NCBI GenBank assembly: GCA_951406725.2
Contig: OX597817.1
Coordinates: forward strand, 70,308,001 to 70,372,000
DNA from: Octopus vulgaris
Taxonomy: Eukaryota
Reading direction: 5' to 3'
Length of the DNA stretch: 64,000 nucleotides
The stretch's first letter is position 1. Each line of letters starts with the position of its first letter. The notes beneath the pieces were generated by a model. That model was not told where the DNA came from and searched no databases. It was given only the letters and a program-made list of their open reading frames with translations. Shown here one piece after another: positions 59,699 through 64,000 of the stretch. Made by a program: the position numbers and the translations under genes.

Positions 59699-60219
59699 AC
59701 ATACATATATACACACACACATGTATACATGTATATATATATATGCAAATATAAAGACAAAAGTTTTACCTAAAACATAAAAATTACAGAATACTAAAGA
59801 GAGAATACATAGTTTTTAACTCGGCAGCTGTTTCTGGTATCTCAGAATTATGTAATAATGATGATGTTCATAATTAGCAGTTCAAATGTTCAAAAATAAC
59901 GGACATGCAACCAGTAGATGGTCTTATAAAGATATTACCATAAGATTAGCTTTCTTCATCAGGAGAAAGAATTGGTAATAGCAGTTCACAGTACTGCATG
60001 AGATTAAAGGTCGAAGGGGATAAAAGAAAGGAGTAAAAGGCAGACAGAGGGATGATGAATGTGGCATATGGACGGGGTTAGAGATATAAAGGAAGAGCAA
60101 GAGGATATTCACGGTAGAGAAAGAGAGGAGGTTAGTAATGGTGGGTGCAGAGAGTAGAGGAAGAGGTGAGTTGGAGGGTGAGGGGAGGGGTTAAAATAAG
60201 GCCAAGCTAATTAATAGTA

Positions 60220-60410
60220 GTGGTAGCTGCTATGAGAAAGTTTAGGGAGTTGTTGCCTCAACTGGTAACAAATAGATTCTTTCTTCAAGTGAAAAATACA
60301 TTATGCAACATTTGTCTACGAATTGCTATGTTGAAAGTTTGTGAAAACTGGAAAGGAACAAAGGTGAACATACTATGCTGGATGTGTAATCTTAGTGTGC
60401 GTAGGTGATG
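60220..60410 (+). mobile_element. Old RTE LINE fragment (resumes ~61130-61242 and after 61642)
   Basis: KFRELLPQLVT...RIAML...CENW...LCWMCNLSV, paralogous to 57480-57660. Confidence 0.65.
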
Positions 60411-61242
60411 AAGAACAAATCATTGCTATTATGTTAAACTGTCGTATTTCCAAATTTGACCAAATATGCTTTTTTTCAATATTTATTTCTGCTTGCAATA
60501 GCCAGTTCTTTTGGTCAAACTATCATATGTCCAGCTGCTTCAGATGCTAAGATATTAAAAATTGTCAAAGTCTAGTACAATGGTTTCGCTATGGAATGGT
60601 GAAACTATATTTTCGTTTTCTGAAAAAGTCATTTTTTTTTACTTACAACACTTTTACATAATAGCAACAAAACAAACTAAGAGAAAAACTAGATACAAAA
60701 AGGATAAAATGATATTTATCCCCACTTAAATGCAGATGTTCTGTTAAAACAAACTATGCAGCAGTAGTTACCATGAGAAAACTCTCATAATTGGTTTTTG
60801 GTGCAAAATGCACTGTTGTTTATAACACTAGCAAGGAGATAAATCCCCACCACCTCTAGACCACATGATTCTGGCCTTCCTTGGTCTTGTCAATGATGGC
60901 CACTCAACTGCTAGGGGTAGCAGCAATTCATTTCCCTGCCAGTGATATATAAAATAACAGTGCCAGAACAGGTGCTGGTGTTGCAATTAGCCAGTGAGCT
61001 TGTTAAAAAATATATATTAGCAACAAAAGTAGTATTAATAGGTATAGAAAAGTATAATACTGAGAGGTATGGAGAAGGGTAGTATTAATATCGAGAGATA
61101 AAAGTATTAATATTCTCATTAATGCTGCCTGTGCCGCTGATCAAAAAAAATCAGATCTAGAGCGCAAACGAGGAAACTGAGTTAATACAGATGTGATGAA
61201 TGTAGAGGACAGCTGAATGAAGAAATACCTAGTGATACAAGT

Positions 61243-61641
61243 CTTTCTTCTTGGCTTGAGACAGCATTTACCCGGGGTGGGTTGAGCTGGCTTCATTCAT
61301 CCCCAATGCTGCATCTCTTACAAACGCCGATCAGGCCTGGCGATTTGAGGCTAACGACCGTGTGATCTCCATCCACTCTCTATTCCAGTGGCGAACACTG
61401 TAGATATGGGGGCCTAGGTTGGGTTCCAGATCAGCCTTGACCATCATCAGCCAGGTTTTTCGTTGTCCACCACATCGCTTTCACCAACCCTGAAGGGGAG
61501 CTGGGGCAATTGCTTCGTAGATGAATTCTCCTGGTTGACGACGGAGGGCACGACCCAGCCAACGCAGACGTCTCGTTAGGATGACTTGTTGGAGGAAGGT
61601 GATTTTGCACTGGTGTCACATTCCTCATGTACATCGCACCA
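61243..61641 (-). mobile_element. 5'-truncated RTE LINE of a second family with 12-bp TSD
   Basis: TSD AGTGATACAAGT at 61231-61242 and 61642-61653; minus strand RRLRWLGRALRR...GW*KRCGGQRKTW...KADLEP...RHWNREW...LASNRQA. Confidence 0.85.
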
Positions 61642-62384
61642 AGTGATACAAGTGGAAGGAAACCATGGCAAAGAGAAATATGTAGAACAGCATGAGCTAG
61701 CAGCCTACTTCTGATGTACTGATTGCATTCAGATTACTTGGACAAGGGTAATGCTTATTAATCATGCATTATCTTGCAGCTTCAAGATTTCGATGACATG
61801 ACTATATTTTAGAATGACATTGTAGGGGAGGTGTGAGAAGCAGGAACAGGTCAGTTTTAGCATAAAGGTCAAGCTGGAGCCAATTGGAGAATCCTAAACT
61901 CATTGGCAATGTAACATGCATGCTAGCACATTAATCATCATCATTTAATGTCTGTTTTCCATGCTGGCATGGGTTGGACAGTTTGACAAGTGTTGTCAAG
62001 CTGGAGGGCTGCACCAGGCTCCAGTTGTCTACGAATCATCATCATCATCATCAACATCATCATCGCTTAACGTCCACTTTCCATGTTGGCATGGGTTGGA
62101 TGATTTGACTGAGGACTGGCGAACCAGATGGCTGCACCAGGCTCCAATCTGATCTCGCAGAGTTTTTACAGCTGGATGCCCTTCCTAACACCAACCACTC
62201 TGAGAATGTAGTGAGTGCTTTTACGTGCCACCAGCACGAGGACCAGTCAGGCAGTACTAGCAACAGCCATGCTCAAATGGTGGTTTTTACGTGCCACCTG
62301 CACAGGAGCCAGTCCAGCAGCACTGGCAACAACCTCACTTGAATGTTTTTTCACGTGCCAGTAATATACATGCATAATATGCAT

Positions 62385-62447
<63 letters not shown>

Positions 62448-63257
62448 TGTACACATATATCCTGTGATGACAGTATGTATTAATGTAGAAACTTCAAGAG
62501 AATGCAAAATAATTTGTTTTTAACAGTTGAACTCCAAGTAGAAAAGCTGTAAATAATAGCTTGTAAATATAGAGTTAAAATAAAAGCCTTTGGGTAGAAG
62601 ACCTCAAAGGCTGTCATGTTTACTGATGTGGGTTTGAGTCACGTGGGCAGTTTTTTGCATTTTTCTATCCAAAGAGTTTTTTAACCCAATATTTACGTGC
62701 TATTTATTATTTATAGTTTTTCTACTTGAGTTCAACCATTAAAAATGAATTATTTCAGCATTACCTAGTATGTTCGTTTTCTGTTTTGAGGGCGGCAGTG
62801 TTGGTTAGTAGTAGATTTTACTACTATTTCTTGCAGGTTGCGGAACTGTGTCAAGCACCCACACCCCACTCTTTCACTGGCTTCACTGGCTCATAGGGTT
62901 AAAAGCGTTTTGAAGACAGACACTTCACAGGCGGTACTCCTTGGTAATAAAATACGTCCAGTTAATTCATAGACTGACTGGGTACTCCGGCACTCCTTCA
63001 ACTCACTCATCTGCATATATGATACAAGCATATCCACATAAACAAATGCATAAAATTACATGCACACATAAATGTAAGACCATGTGTGTAATATATATAT
63101 ATATATATATACTCACACATATATACACATATACATAAATAGATAGATAGGCAGACAAATAGAATGATATACATACATATATATACATACATACACATAA
63201 ATAGGCAGACAGATAGAAAGATATACATATATATATATATATGTATGTATATATGTA

Positions 63258-63297
<40 letters not shown>

Positions 63298-63365
63298 CAT
63301 ACATACACTGATGCATATAAATATATATATACATGCATACATACATACATATACTGATGCATATA

Positions 63366-63399
<34 letters not shown>

Positions 63400-63534
63400 G
63401 TATATCCTCAAAGGTTCACTTCTACAAGCCATCAGTACTTTAAGTAGGGTAGATAAAGAGGAAATCAAGAACACTTTGAAGAGGTGAACCAGAAGAATAA
63501 AAGGAAAAGAGTGAAAGAAAGAAATAGAGGGAGT

Positions 63535-63575
<41 letters not shown>

Positions 63576-64000
63576 TGAGAAAGATGTACTCACTGTGACA
63601 GAGAGAGAAAGGAAGAAAGAGAGGAAAGTTTTAAATGAACAAATGTACTAAGAAGACAGGTTTTCCTCAAACATCAAAATACATTTACATATAGTTGCAC
63701 ACAAACACACACACAGAACCACATATATATATATCAAGACATCTACCCACAACTCACAAACACACACATAAACTATAAATACTTCCACCCATATTTTTCC
63801 TGCTCTCACACTTCTTTGTATGTATGCGCAAGTGTGAGTGTGTGTGCGTGTGTACGCGCATGTTTATGTGACTGTGTTTGTGTGCATAATATATTAGCTT
63901 TTCATTTCAAGTTATACAGCTCTCAATGTTTATAATTCAGGTAGTGTACAGAATTTTACATGGATTTATCTGTTACTCTATGTCTCAAGCACATTGAGCA

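Noticed and set aside
60165-60190. G-quadruplex
   Set aside because: Only three runs of three or more G.
60421-60836. Possible MITE with degenerate TIRs (cattgcta.../...tagcaagg)
   Set aside because: Terminal similarity is too weak and no TSD could be identified.

Overview
AT-rich, repeat-dense animal genomic DNA. The SINE, MITE and microsatellite content looks like a coleoid cephalopod, probably Octopus (inferred, not verified). The only supported host gene is the 5' part of a minus-strand BTB-BACK (Kelch-like, KLHL9/13/26-type) gene: coding exons at 2348-2473 and 1-357, continuing off the left edge. Possible upstream non-coding exons or promoters lie near 8.6, 11.6, 32.6 and 41.1-41.6 kb. 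The rest is intronic or intergenic. It holds about 8 kb of punctuated (TA)n/(TACA)n arrays, several tRNA-derived SINE families, a full-length dead mariner, an internally deleted Chapaev3 element, two Helitrons, a Helentron-type element, hAT and piggyBac MITEs, and RTE LINE fragments, one with a PHD finger inside the RT. Almost all long ORFs in the supplied track are microsatellite artefacts. The most interesting signal is a set of short, often palindromic, Penelope-like elements, mostly embedded in (TA)n, that carry minimal hammerhead-ribozyme folds with non-canonical cores. These include a compensatory G3-C8 swap, an A6U family, and one element with a tRNA/Pol III head and a 15-bp TSD. All alignments and folds were done by eye, so repeat boundaries are approximate.
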